Below, piece after piece: positions 1 through 11,596 of a DNA stretch of 53,488 bases (the stretch's first letter is position 1; each line of letters begins with the position of its first letter). Under the pieces are notes generated by a model, which was not told the DNA's origin, made no database searches, and saw nothing but the letters and a program-made list of their open reading frames with translations. Position numbers and translations under genes: made by a program. The stretch comes from Intoshia linei (Eukaryota > Animalia > Orthonectida), in contig LWCA01000109.1 in the NCBI GenBank assembly GCA_001642005.1, positions 1 through 53,488 on the forward strand, written 5' to 3'.

Positions 1-814
1 TCTGTAAATACGGGGCGTAATGGGATAATTTCAAAATTACAAAAAAATGTTATTGGAAGTATTCCATATTTTGGATGTTAGTGACACATACTAGATCGAT
101 TATTACGGTTATACATGGATGCGAAATTAGGAAGCATGAACAAATCTCCGAACATCGGTTATGAATTCATAAGTAAGCATATATATTTAATCTTTTAAAA
201 ACAAACTTATAAATGAATTACATTCAAATTATTATGAATTAACCACATCATATTCAGAAATGTCTCATGACTTTCAATGTGTTCCTAAAATGTCCCATTG
301 GATTCGTGATGACTATTCTGAACTTGAACATCTATCATCAGCATATAAAATTATGCAAACTGGAGATTGGCCTAAAGTTAAGTGGCCTAAATTAAGATCA
401 TTAAGCAATGATCAATGGAATTCGAGAGCTATAAAAGCGTTGCAAGCATGGATTTTAGGTAATTATTAAAATTTATTATACAATATTTACAATAGGTATT
501 CGGCAAACGGGGTTGGAAGAGTGTTGCACATTTATTGCAGACACATTCGTTCATTGTTGGTTAAATGCTACCGTATACGAAAACATTGCTTCATACCAAT
601 AGTCCCTGTATTCAGCCGTGACATGAGTTCCATCTTCTATTTTGCCACAAATTGTTGCTTATACTTCAATTTCTCCTTTAAATGTCATGTCATGACCAAT
701 GAGGTCACCGAACGAGCTATTCATCGAGTCCAAGTGTTACGAGATAGGGCGTCACTTAAGTACATTGAAGATGAGTTAATTACAGATACCATAGATATAA
801 TTAATAAACATTAG
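1..814 (+). pseudogene. Decayed hAT-superfamily (hATm/Cc8K15.2-like) transposase remnant, 5'-truncated by the window
   Basis: Frame 1 reads SVNTGRNG...FGC**HILDRLL, a CxxH motif broken by adjacent TAG TGA. Later segments read WIRDDYSEL, SNDQWNSRAIKAL, CTFIADTFVHCW and TNEVTERAI, motifs I recall from this family. Probable GT-AG introns at about 173-257 and 459-495; further stop and frameshift near 600. Confidence 0.6.
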
Positions 815-1023
815 CTCAAATTGCAACAGGATATTATTTAAATGTGAAAGTGGGCCTGTGTTTTTGTCATTATATGTGAAACAAAAATTATGGTGTTAAT
901 TTAGAAGGCATTTCTCATGTCGTACGGGGGTGTATTTTATTAATTTCTAAAATTCAATAAAAAAGTTAACACTCTAATGAATACCATGATTGGAGTCCAA
1001 ATTTTAAATAAAATAAAATTTAC

Positions 1024-2339
1024 CTGATTGTAGGTACACTTTCGAGATTTACATTTACCGCATTTGATCATATCGGTTTCGGTACCTAAATCAAATATTA
1101 AATTAATATTTAAACAACACAATAAGTCAAACATCATTGTTTTCCAAGTTGTTGAATTTTCATCGATATCATGATAATGTTAAAGAAGAAAAAATAAACA
1201 TATCTTAAAAAAATTTAGACCAATCGGTATTTGTGAGTGTTACCACTGTTGTATATAAAAAAACATACCAACTTGCACTGATACTTGATGGTCATCAATT
1301 GATTCCTTGGTAAATTGTTGTCGTAATTTTTTCATTTCGTCCGAAGCCATTTGCTTGAAATAAAATGATCAATTTTAACAATAATAAATTACAATAGATG
1401 TCATATTAGCAAAGGTATTTGGACTTAATCTACCCATTAAAACATTTTCTCTAAGTTTTGGGTTATTTGGATCTCTCAAATTCAAAACTCTGCTTCGAAT
1501 TGTAGCACGGTATTTTTGGTCGGTGTGATTAAATATATCATAAACGCCACATTCAATCAAGTTTGAAAGCACATCAATATCTGCGGAATCGTCAGGAATA
1601 CCTATAATGTTAATTAAATTAATCGATAAATATTAAACTATATTTGGTGAAGGATTGCCGAAAAAGTTGTCTAGATTTGAGTCTTGTCGGGTCTGTAGTA
1701 TTCATACGAGAATTATTTGGATGTGTTTCTTTTTCCTCTTGGTGAGGAGAACGTAAAGGAGTTCTGGATCGTTCCGATCTTTTATTTTCTTCAGTATCAT
1801 TATTTTGACTTGAAATTGATGGTGTAGCTAAAAACCTCAATTAAAGTAAGATTTATAATTTTAAATGTTATTTAATTTTGGTAAAGCAAAAGACTGATGG
1901 CGAAAATTAAATACAAGGTTTATATTTTTTCTTAGCGGACAAAGTTGAATCAAATGGACACAAAAATTGATTATAAGTATAGGTGTTACTATCGATCCCC
2001 AATTTATTTGATAAAACAACCTGTTGAAATATTATTCTTCCATTGTCGCAACAAATCTTTACAAATAATGACGACTTTGTCGTTTGTTGTATTTTTTCGT
2101 AGCATATTGACAATCATTCCTATATGAGTTTTCTAAAAACTAATAAAATTGTACATTATACTACAAACTTTAAGTATTTCAGTCGTCATTCGCACATTTT
2201 TTAATCGTTCCAATGTTTCGAACACTCCAATGTATTCCTATAAAAAATATATTATTGAAAATTCACTCATTACTGATGTGTGCTTTCGGGAATATTTTGT
2301 TATTTTTTTACTCAATTTGAGAACTTCTTGTACCGACAT
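1024..2339 (-). CDS. TCEA1: Transcription elongation factor TFIIS; last exon(s) not found in the window
   Basis: Spliced exons read MSVQEVLKLSKK...KTHIGMIVNMLRK...LLRQWK (N-domain), KYRATIRSRVLNLRDPNNPKLRENVLMG...MASDEMKKLRQQFTKESIDDHQ (central domain) and TDMIKCGKCKSRKCTYNQ (zinc ribbon start). Donor at 1023; the QTRSADEP exon is absent from 1-1022. Confidence 0.93.
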
Positions 2340-3391
2340 ATTTTAGTTAAATAAAATATTAATTACAAAATCAGTATTCTATAACTATAATCAACATTTT
2401 AGTTAATTATTTGAAATAAATACTACTTCTAGTTAATTTAATGCCTGCATCTCATTTTAGTTAAGTGTTGGTATGGTATCGTATTTGTTGATATCTTAGT
2501 TATTTAATTATTTGTTAGTTATTTTAACTTGGAATTTAGCTAAATTAGTTATGTAATTCCATGGTTGTTTAATTATTTTTTTAATTGCCAATTAATTATT
2601 ACATTTCAATAATAGAAATTAAATCCAACATTCAAAAATTTATCAGTGGCAACAAATAATTATTTAATTAATTAATAATTGTTTAAGTTAAACTTTAACG
2701 CATTATAAATTGAAATTTGCTTGGCGCTATTTTCAGAAATTCTAACGATATGCAACATTGAGAAACACTGCCAATCTCTAAAATATATTCGACATTAGTC
2801 ATTTAGACATTTTAGGAAAATTTTAGATACAATTTAAAATGTAAATGTAATGTTGAAGTTTAGTCCCGAATCTGGACTCTAGATAAAATGTTCTTAAATT
2901 AAGAACAATGTAATAAAGTCAAGTTCATAATCAATTTCAGAATATATTATCACTTGTTAAACTTAATATTAAAACACTTAGTCTTGTTTAGTACATTCAT
3001 AGTCTTTATTACAAACAAAAAAGCCAAAACTACTCATCTATGATGACAAATAAAAATTTTCGGCTTAAAATGTATTCCAAATAAACTAAAACTGATAGTA
3101 CGTATTTATCTTGATATCAATTATGCTAGATATAAAATATTATGATAGCGTACAAAATTTGTTTACATTGTTCTGTCATACAGATGGAGAAAATCAATAA
3201 CTAAAATTCAGCACTATTTATTGTTGATTTTAGAGTACAAAATATACTGCATTTTTGACTAACAGATAAATGTCATGAAAATTTTGTAGATTCACTATGG
3301 ATTGCAATAATTACATTGAAAATTTAAATCATAAATAAATTTACTTAACTATTTTTAGAGATTAGAATTATTTATATATCCATTTTTATTC

Positions 3392-3655
3392 ATGGCATGC
3401 TTACCTTGTATAATTATTCCATTTATAATTTGGCTGTTTTTCAAATTTATACAACCTTTGGTCAATTACATTTTTAAAATTAAAAATAAAGGAAGAACTG
3501 ATTTTGTAACGAATTTTGAGGTAAACATTTAATTTATTTGTTTTTATTACAAAATGTAAAATAAATGTCTTTACTGGAAAAAGTTTAAATAACAGACACG
3601 TGGTTTAATGTGGATCAGAACTCCTGGAATGGAGTCGATATTTTCTGAAAAATAA
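3392..3655 (+). CDS. Small UPF0729/C18orf32-like protein (exons 3392-3520, 3596-3655; 62 aa)
   Basis: Exon 1 reads MACLPCIIIPFIIWLFFKFIQPLVNYIF, matching the [22 protein letters not shown] pattern of C18orf32. Donor GAG|gtaaac; the second exon is less certain. Confidence 0.75.
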
Positions 3656-3825
3656 ATGATTCTTTAGTTTCATATTGTATTCGTATGCGCTAACAATTAT
3701 TAGATATTGCAATATGTATGAAATATTTTGTATGTATTCATAAATGAAAGTGGTCATATTAAACTTAGACCAAATTAAACTTTTGGGTTGTTTGAATAGG
3801 GTGTCAAATTTTTAGTGCGTTAAAA

Positions 3826-6270
3826 ATGATAAAACAGGTTGACAACCACTGATTTACATACTACATTTCAATTTCAATTGCTTCATCATGCATTCCATGG
3901 GTCACTTATTTGAGCATCATTTGAAATCTGAATTAGGAGAATTTTACTTATATTTTATATTTAGGCCGATGAGAGTAAAACTGCTAGATTAATTAAAAAA
4001 GTGACAGAAGAACATAAAATTGTTGTATATAAAAAAACTACATGCAATTATTGCTCTCTTCTCGACAAACTATTTATTCAAATTGGAATTCCATATCATT
4101 CTGTCAATGTTGACCAACAACCTGCTTATCAAGATTCTCTGGATAAAATTACGGGGATTAGAACTGTTTATTTTTCTTTTATTCGTATAATCATGTTTGT
4201 CGCGTACTTAAGGTACAGGCGAAAATGTATATTTAATATAACAGTGTGATAAAAAATAGGTGGCCGAATTAAAAATATAAACTTTTAAATGTAATGGTTA
4301 AGTTGTTTTTCATATACAGTCAGACCCGTCAATAATTTTTTGTAAAATTGTGACTACACCATTGTGAAGATTGTGGAAGTTTTTTATTTTATTTAAATTG
4401 TTCAAATTCATTATAATAAATGTAGAAAAAATTGTTTTTAATTTTGATACTATTGATTTTTTGACCAAATTTTTGGGGTTTCTACATTAAATTTTTTCAT
4501 CCAATTTTTAAATATCCTTACTTATATAATATGCTACTCAATATTTGTTTGTGTGTGTGTTCCACTTTATTGAAATAACTACCAGTCTTAGAATTTTATA
4601 AAATCCACATTTCAATTACAGTTTTTCCAGGACATATAATAAGATAATTTTCAACCTACCAAACTCACACATATTACGGGTCAAAAAAACTTAATTGTCC
4701 TTTTTTTTAAAAATCAAACAAGTTGGAGAACTTAAAAAAATATATCGCTGATAGTATCAGCCTGATACGGATTTTAAAATAATAAACATTATAATAAATT
4801 TAAATTAAAAACATTTATATTTTCAGGGCCAAAACCACAAATTACCTTTTTCTTTTATGAAAACAGCCCTAGAATTTAAAAAAATATACAGGTGGTACAG
4901 TTGTATCCTGTTAACACACACAAAAAATTTCAATCTGAATAGTACAGTTGTATCCTGTTAACACACATAAAAAATTTCAATCCGAATAAGTGACGGCTTT
5001 ACGGTCAAAAAAGCATTTTAGTTTTCATACATTTTTTTTCCGAAATATTTTATTAAAGCAATGATATTCTTTTTGATCTATTTATACTTAATTATAAATT
5101 ATGTGACTTGCAATATAGAAAGTTATAAGCATATATAAGTTATTAGCAATAAAGGAAGTGGATAAGTTTTGTGGAATATTTAATTATAATTATATTTATT
5201 TGAATTAATAGTTTGATGAGCAATATTGAAATTTATCATCTTTAAACATGCAATTCAATGCCATATTCCGATCGTGAGATGTATCAAACTTGATTAATTT
5301 TAAGATATACCATACTTTTTTATAATTTTATGTTTGAAAAAAAAACAAACAATTTTATCCACCATTCTTACTCAAAACCGGTTATGTTTATTCAGCAGGG
5401 ATGCCTAAGCTGTCGATCGCAAGTGATTTTCTAGTCGATCGTCAAAATTAGAATTAATTTTTTATTTTAATATTGATATATATTGTATAATGTATTTTTA
5501 AAATTTGTACACATTTCAATAAATGCTATGTAAGTTGTTAAGATCGTTATCTAATAAATAAATTAGTCTACTATTTCTTAAACTAGGTTTTGCCGATAAT
5601 TTTAAAATATAAATCGAGAGTGCTTGAAATTATTTTGATTTTGAATTTGAATTTTTATGTTTTCGACCATCACTAAAAATATTTAGATAAACATTTTTTA
5701 TTGGATTCCGCAAGGCGATTTTTTTGAAATAGGTTCCGATCAGAAAAATTTTAAAGTCGATCGCATCAAAAAAAGTTTGATACCCCTGGTATACATATAT
5801 AAAATTTACAATATACAAACAATGCATGATATATCAGTGGTTTTCAACTTTTTTGTGTTCGCAACCCCTTATAAACATAAAAAATTTTCGCGACCCAAAA
5901 ATTTTCTATATACTCCAAACATCTTATCAATTCACATAAATGAAAATATTAAAAAAGCATATTCAGTTTTATTTATATTTTATACTGTGTTCAAATTCTC
6001 ACGACCCCCCTGATAAATTTTAGCTATAGAAATAGCTGGTAAAATAAATATTTCTCCTGTGTATAATGTGTGTAAAATACCCCAAACATTTACTGTGAAC
6101 CACTAAGGGGTCCACATGGACCCCTTGAGAACCACTGATATATATTATCAATTTAGGTGCCTGCATTATTTATAAATGGACAATATTATGGTGGTGCCAC
6201 GAATGCTTGGGCATTATTCAACAACGGGAAATTGTTACCATTATTGAAAGAAAATAAAAAAGATTTATAA
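3826..6270 (+). CDS. Dithiol glutaredoxin (possible exon 3826-3837, exons 3965-4165 and 6157-6270)
   Basis: KIVVYKKTTCNYC active site, RT|VPALFING (TVP motif) and YYGGA (GG motif); ends KKDL*. The first exon MIKQ is tentative. Confidence 0.88.
4514..5060 (+). mobile_element. Helitron-like non-autonomous repeat family copy in the glutaredoxin intron
   Basis: Starts TCCTTACTTATATAA followed by a (GT)n tract and reiterated AAAACC(C/A)AAATTACCTTTTT units. Homologous segments occur at about 7190-7670, 12690-13260, 13271-14318 and 24500-24975 (+), and 10480-10797, 27600-28009, 36740-37281 and 45020-45123 (-). Confidence 0.6.
5396..5788. mobile_element. hAT-type MITE with CAGGG termini
   Basis: CAGGGATGCC...GATACCCCTG imperfect terminal inverted repeats with subterminal GTCGATCG repeats; target-site duplication not clear. 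Confidence 0.6.
5835..6137. mobile_element. hAT-type MITE with CAGTGGTT termini
   Basis: CAGTGGTTTTCAA...TTGAGAACCACTG inverted termini and internal GACCCC motifs. Confidence 0.75.
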
Positions 6271-8300
6271 TTTTAAATAAAATTTACTTTTATGTATCGG
6301 CTTATTATACACATGAGTCAAATTAAACTACTGTAGTTAACTCGTGCGTAATTTTATATTATGAATTTATTTAGAGTTAGCTGCTAAATCTCGCTCATTA
6401 CGCATTAAAATCAGATTACGTTTACGTCATAATTATAAAAGTACCCTAAAAATATCTCATTTTTTTGTAATGATGATTTTTCAATTTATCCATCAGTTCA
6501 AGGAAAAATATTCTGGGAGGTCAAAAAACTTGCATTTTGTGAAGAGTTATAGTTACAGTCTTTAGTAATAATATGAATTTCAGAAAAAATAAAATTATAA
6601 ATACCCGTAGTACTTTCTTCTATCAGAATGGGATCAATTATACTTGAATATCCGTTTTCGATAACTAAAAAATATTTGGTATTAATAATTATTATAATAG
6701 CATACTAAGAGATATTTTTTGTAATATAAATTGGTTCTGCATTTTTTCATTCTTAACTTGGCTTTGTCATTAAAGCTAACATTATCAATGATAATTTATC
6801 ATTAAAATTTTAATTTAAATGTACTTTAATCAGCTTAAATGTATTTATTATTATAGCAATACAATTATAATAGAATCAAAATTGATTCATCAATTCAAGT
6901 AAAATATGATTAGAAGAGATAATTATAAATTTTTTCAATGTAGCAATATTCCCAGATATCCTAAATAAATAACAAAAGATTTTAATTTTAACATTAGAAA
7001 ATATTTATCTCACAAAAAAATTAAATAGATATAAATGTAATTAGACATTTTAAATTAATCATCTTAAAATGTGATATTTTGTTAGTCTGTTGTTGATTGC
7101 AAATTGCATTTAACTTAATTTAACACCCACACTATAGGAATCGCAACGATGACTTTGATCACACATGCAATTGAAATGGTAATTAAAGTCCTTTAAGGAC
7201 AAAAACCCAATTTTCCTTTTTGTTATAAAAAGTCAACCCAAAAATTTAATAAAACATACATTCTGGGACGTGTTTTAAAATCAGTAACATTGTCGTTAAT
7301 CTCAGTCTCAGAAAGGCATACCTTCATAGTAAAAACCACAAATTACCTTTTTTTTTTAAAAATGAAACATGTCCTAAAATTTTATAAAACATAAATTCTG
7401 GGATAGTTTTAACAGCATAAACATTATCATAAATCGTAACCTCAAAAAAGGTGATCTCATAGTCAAAAACCCAAATTATTTTTTTTTTTAAAATGAAAAC
7501 AGCGCTAGAATTTAAAAAAAATTACACATGATGCAGTTGTATATATGATACACATACATACAACTTGTATCTAGTTAACACATGCAAAAAATTTCAATCT
7601 GAATAAGTGACGCTTTAACGGTCAAAAAAGCACTTTAGTATTCATTTTTTTTATTTCGAAACTATTTATGCGTATTTTTAATAACCCTAAGCCCTAAGGA
7701 CCACCAATATAGAGAATAATAATAAAATCCCAACTACAAATATAAAATAAGGCTATACACAAGTTTGAATTTTACGTACTATATTAATAAAATTGTAATT
7801 GTATTAACTAAATTGTAAAATTTCAAACTAACAATACGTGCAAATTCCACGTATCGAACAACAAATAAATAACTGTAATAACATAATTCATTAAATTATT
7901 AATTGAAACATTAAAAAAATTAGCATAAATTAAATATTAAGATTAATAGAAATAAATATTCATGAATAAGAATCTATGAGATGTAAATTGAAACAAAGTG
8001 ATAAAATCAATATAAAATATGGATACGATTTTCTAGAATAAATTCATGACAACAAAATATTTTTTTACACATATCTAATCTAACATTTATAGGTCATTCA
8101 TAATTTAAAAATTGCAAATCTTGAAATCAAGTCAATTCCATATATCGTTAAAATATTATTCATTGAAATGTACAATGTTGAAATGACTCAAAATTGAATA
8201 TAATTCTCCGTAATGTAAGATTATTGTAATTATTGAAAATTTAAAACATTTCAACTTTAGTGTTATTGTATACATTTGTTAATTTCATAAAAACACGTGC

Positions 8301-11300
8301 ATGGGTAAAAAAAAAAAAAACAAGAACGAATTGAATGATGAATTTGATGTAAATTATTCAAACAGTTTTTCGAACACCTTACCTTCAGCAAAATCAACAA
8401 AATCGACAGATTGTGATGATTCAGTTTTAACTTCAATGAACAATTTATCTTTGGATAAATGTAGGAGTTCTGATGTAGAAAATTTAACAATGTCACCTAC
8501 CACTAGATTGAAATATAAATTCAATAAATCTCCCAGAATGAAAAATTTGTCTTTAAAATTTTCCAAGACTAGGACTGATACAGAAAAATATTGCATTCAA
8601 GACACAATTATCAAAATTAATAACAAATTGTCGACAAACTGGTTATCTGAATTTGAATATTGTTTGAATGAGCATATTCCAGATGATAAGGAATGTTGTG
8701 GATTAAAAAATATGGGAAATACCTGCTTTATGAACTGTATTTTACAGTGCATGGCACATATTTCTCCGATATTAATCATTTGTTTTAATAGACAAAAATC
8801 AAATATTACTGGGTTACTTTTTAATGCCTTTTCTTCGTTAATTGATAATATGTGGTCTCAAGATGATAATAAACCAATCACTCCGTATCAACTTAAAATT
8901 GAAATTGATAGAATTACCGACACTTTTGACGGCTTTGATCAAGAGGATTGTTCAGAATTTTTAATCTATCTGTTACAAGTAATTATTTTGTAAAATTTTT
9001 TTTTAAATTTAATCTTTTATGTTAAAACAGGGTTTACACGACGACATACAAAAATCTTTAAAATTTACCAAACCTGATGAACTTTTTAATAAATTGAAAA
9101 AACCACAAAATTGCCGAAGGTAGTTTTTTATCACGTTTATATTATGTTTTTTATTTTTTTTAGAAAATCTGCCATGAAATGCTGGAAAAATTATTTAGAT
9201 TCAACCAATCACAGTTATTTGATTGGTAATTTTAGTTTCAATTATATATTAATTGCTTTTTTATTTTTTACAATTATTTACATGTTATTTTAAATTTAGA
9301 TATTTTTGTTGGACAATACAAGAGCCAACTGAAATGTTTGACGTGTAGTACAATATCAAATACATACGATCCATTCTGGATGATTTCTTTGCCTATTAAG
9401 GTTTTTATTATGGATTGTATTATTATTTATTTTTATTTAGAGACGATTGACCAATTTATCACTACTTGATTGTTTTGAACTATTTACACAAACTGAAAAA
9501 TTGGACGGTCCAGATAAAGCGGTATTTTATTATAAATACTATGAAAATGTATTACATGGGTTGAGAAATGTTTAATTTCCTCGCCATCAAACGCTTACCA
9601 ACCTACTTAAACTAAACCATCTTGAAATTAGAAAATTCTCGAATAATTTGTATTTTACATTTTTTTTAATTAATATAATGTAAATAATTTGCAAATAAGA
9701 GGTAATTTGCGGTTTGTCTGTGATGATAAAAATTAATGATGAAACAATAATGGCTGTCTAGCTTTGGTGTTTTTTAATACTCTACCGAGGTTTGAAGGCC
9801 GACTTTTTAAATATAATTATAGACATTGAGTGTATAACGGCTCAGACTCAATTTTCTTGGCCGGACATATGTTAAAAAAAATCTTTACTCAAACCATTAA
9901 CCAATTTTGATAAATAAAATGAAATAATAAACAATTATAATGAAATAGGTGCATAACTACAGCTAAAATTGATTCATGAATAAATAAATTATGAAAAATA
10001 AATAAAAAAACTGTATAAGAAGAAATATGAGTAAAAATTTATATTATAACGCGGGTCGTACATTCCATAATTGACACCCCTAGTGTATAATCTTTAAAAC
10101 AATTCAATTATAGTTAAAACCCTAAAAAAACGTCATAAATGCCATAAATTTTAGAAAAAATAAAAATTTAAATACTTTTTTCTTCTATCATGTATTTGGG
10201 ATGAAGAAACATTACAAACATTGAAAAAACAGAAAAATACTACTAAAGTTATATTCAAGTTAAGTTTATTCTAAATTTTAAGTTTTTCCAAATAAGAAAT
10301 TCCGTAGAATTGATGTAAAAACAAAAGGAATTAATTTAACAGATTAAAACCCACATTTCTGTATTTCAAATATGTATACGGTCAAATCTCATTTTTTTAA
10401 ATTGTAGGATTAATATTTTAATTTTTAATTCAAAAATTTGAAAAATATTGGTTGATAATATATTAAGTTATTTTTTATTAAAAAAAGTGGCAATTTGTAG
10501 TGTTATATAGTTGATATACATGTTTCTGAGGTTGAAATTTAGGACAATGTTAATGTTTTTAAAAGGTGGCACAGAATTCATGTCTTTTAAATTTTAGGTT
10601 AAATTTTATATAAAAAACTGGAAATTGAGTTTAAGGGCATGAAGGACTCAATTTGTGTAAATTAAACTTGCATCAAAACATGACACTCGAAAAACGGTAT
10701 GAGAAATTGGGTTTTTTTAAGACTTAAGATTTTAAGACTGTTAATTTTATAAATAAACTGTAACACCCACACGGACGTTAAATTTGATATAAGTAACGTT
10801 ATATTATTATTGTTTGCTTTTTAGTATTGTTCAAATTGTAAATGTATCAAGAAATCAACAAAAAATCTGTTAATCGAAAAATTTCCAAAAGTATTAAATA
10901 TACGTAAATTTAAAAATTATTTTAAAATGCATTTTATTCCTGATTAAATTTAATATTTTTATATTTTAATTTTTTTTGAAATTATTTTAGAAATTTAATT
11001 GATAGTTTATTGTCTTTTTTAATTTGAAAAGGATAGTCTAAATAAAATGGCAACATTGATGCAAATATATTAATGTAAAATTTAGAATTGAAAAGATTCA
11101 CAACAAATGGGAAAAAAATACATTCACACATTTCTATTCCTTTCACCAACCTAAATTTAACGCCTTTTTACGCTAAAGAAGGTTTGTACCAAAAATACAA
11201 CATAACTACATAAATTTACCTAGATTCTATTAATATTTATTATGATTTAATCGGAATGTGTGTACATACGGGAAATTTATCTGGTGGACATTATTACAGT

Positions 11301-11483
11301 TATTGTAGACATCCGATAGACAAAAATGTGTGGAGTGTTTTTAACGATTCAATGTAATTTACTTTTGATGAATATTAATTTAATTTTAGAGTGTCTAATG
11401 TTAACTTTTCTTGCATAAAATCCTCCATGAATAATGCCTACATTTTATTTTATGAATTGAAAAATTTCGAAACAAAAATCTAA
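8301..11483 (+). CDS. Ubiquitin-specific protease (USP2/8/21-like, peptidase C19), about 9 exons
   Basis: Cys box GLKNMGNTCFMNCILQC, QEDCSEFL..LLQGLHDD, DIFVGQYKSQLKCLTC, LKRF, His box HTGNLSGGHYYSY, FNDS and AYILFY; stop at 11481-11483. Confidence 0.95.
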
Positions 11484-11596
11484 TTTTTGACTATACCTTT
11501 AAAGCGTTTCAAACCTCGACTGCAGGCTTTACCTTTAACATTTTTTATTTTCCAAAAACACAGATAAAAGACTAATTTGTATAAATATATTAAATT

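Noticed and set aside
87-92. In-frame TAG TGA as a sign of an alternative genetic code or readthrough
   Set aside because: All intact genes translate and terminate with the standard code; these stops lie in a decayed transposase.
4890-4990. Direct repeat GTACAGTTGTATCCTGTTAACACACA (two copies), superficially CRISPR-like
   Set aside because: A local tandem duplication inside the Helitron-like element; eukaryotic context, no unique spacers or cas genes.
5630-6013. ORFs 5630-5827, 5777-6013 and similar ones at 13378, 36082, 44469, 48145 and 48784
   Set aside because: They fall within intronic MITE or repeat sequence, with low-complexity translations and no motifs.
7682-7698. AACCCTAAGCCCTAAG telomere-like motif
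   Set aside because: Only two imperfect units; compatible with chance.
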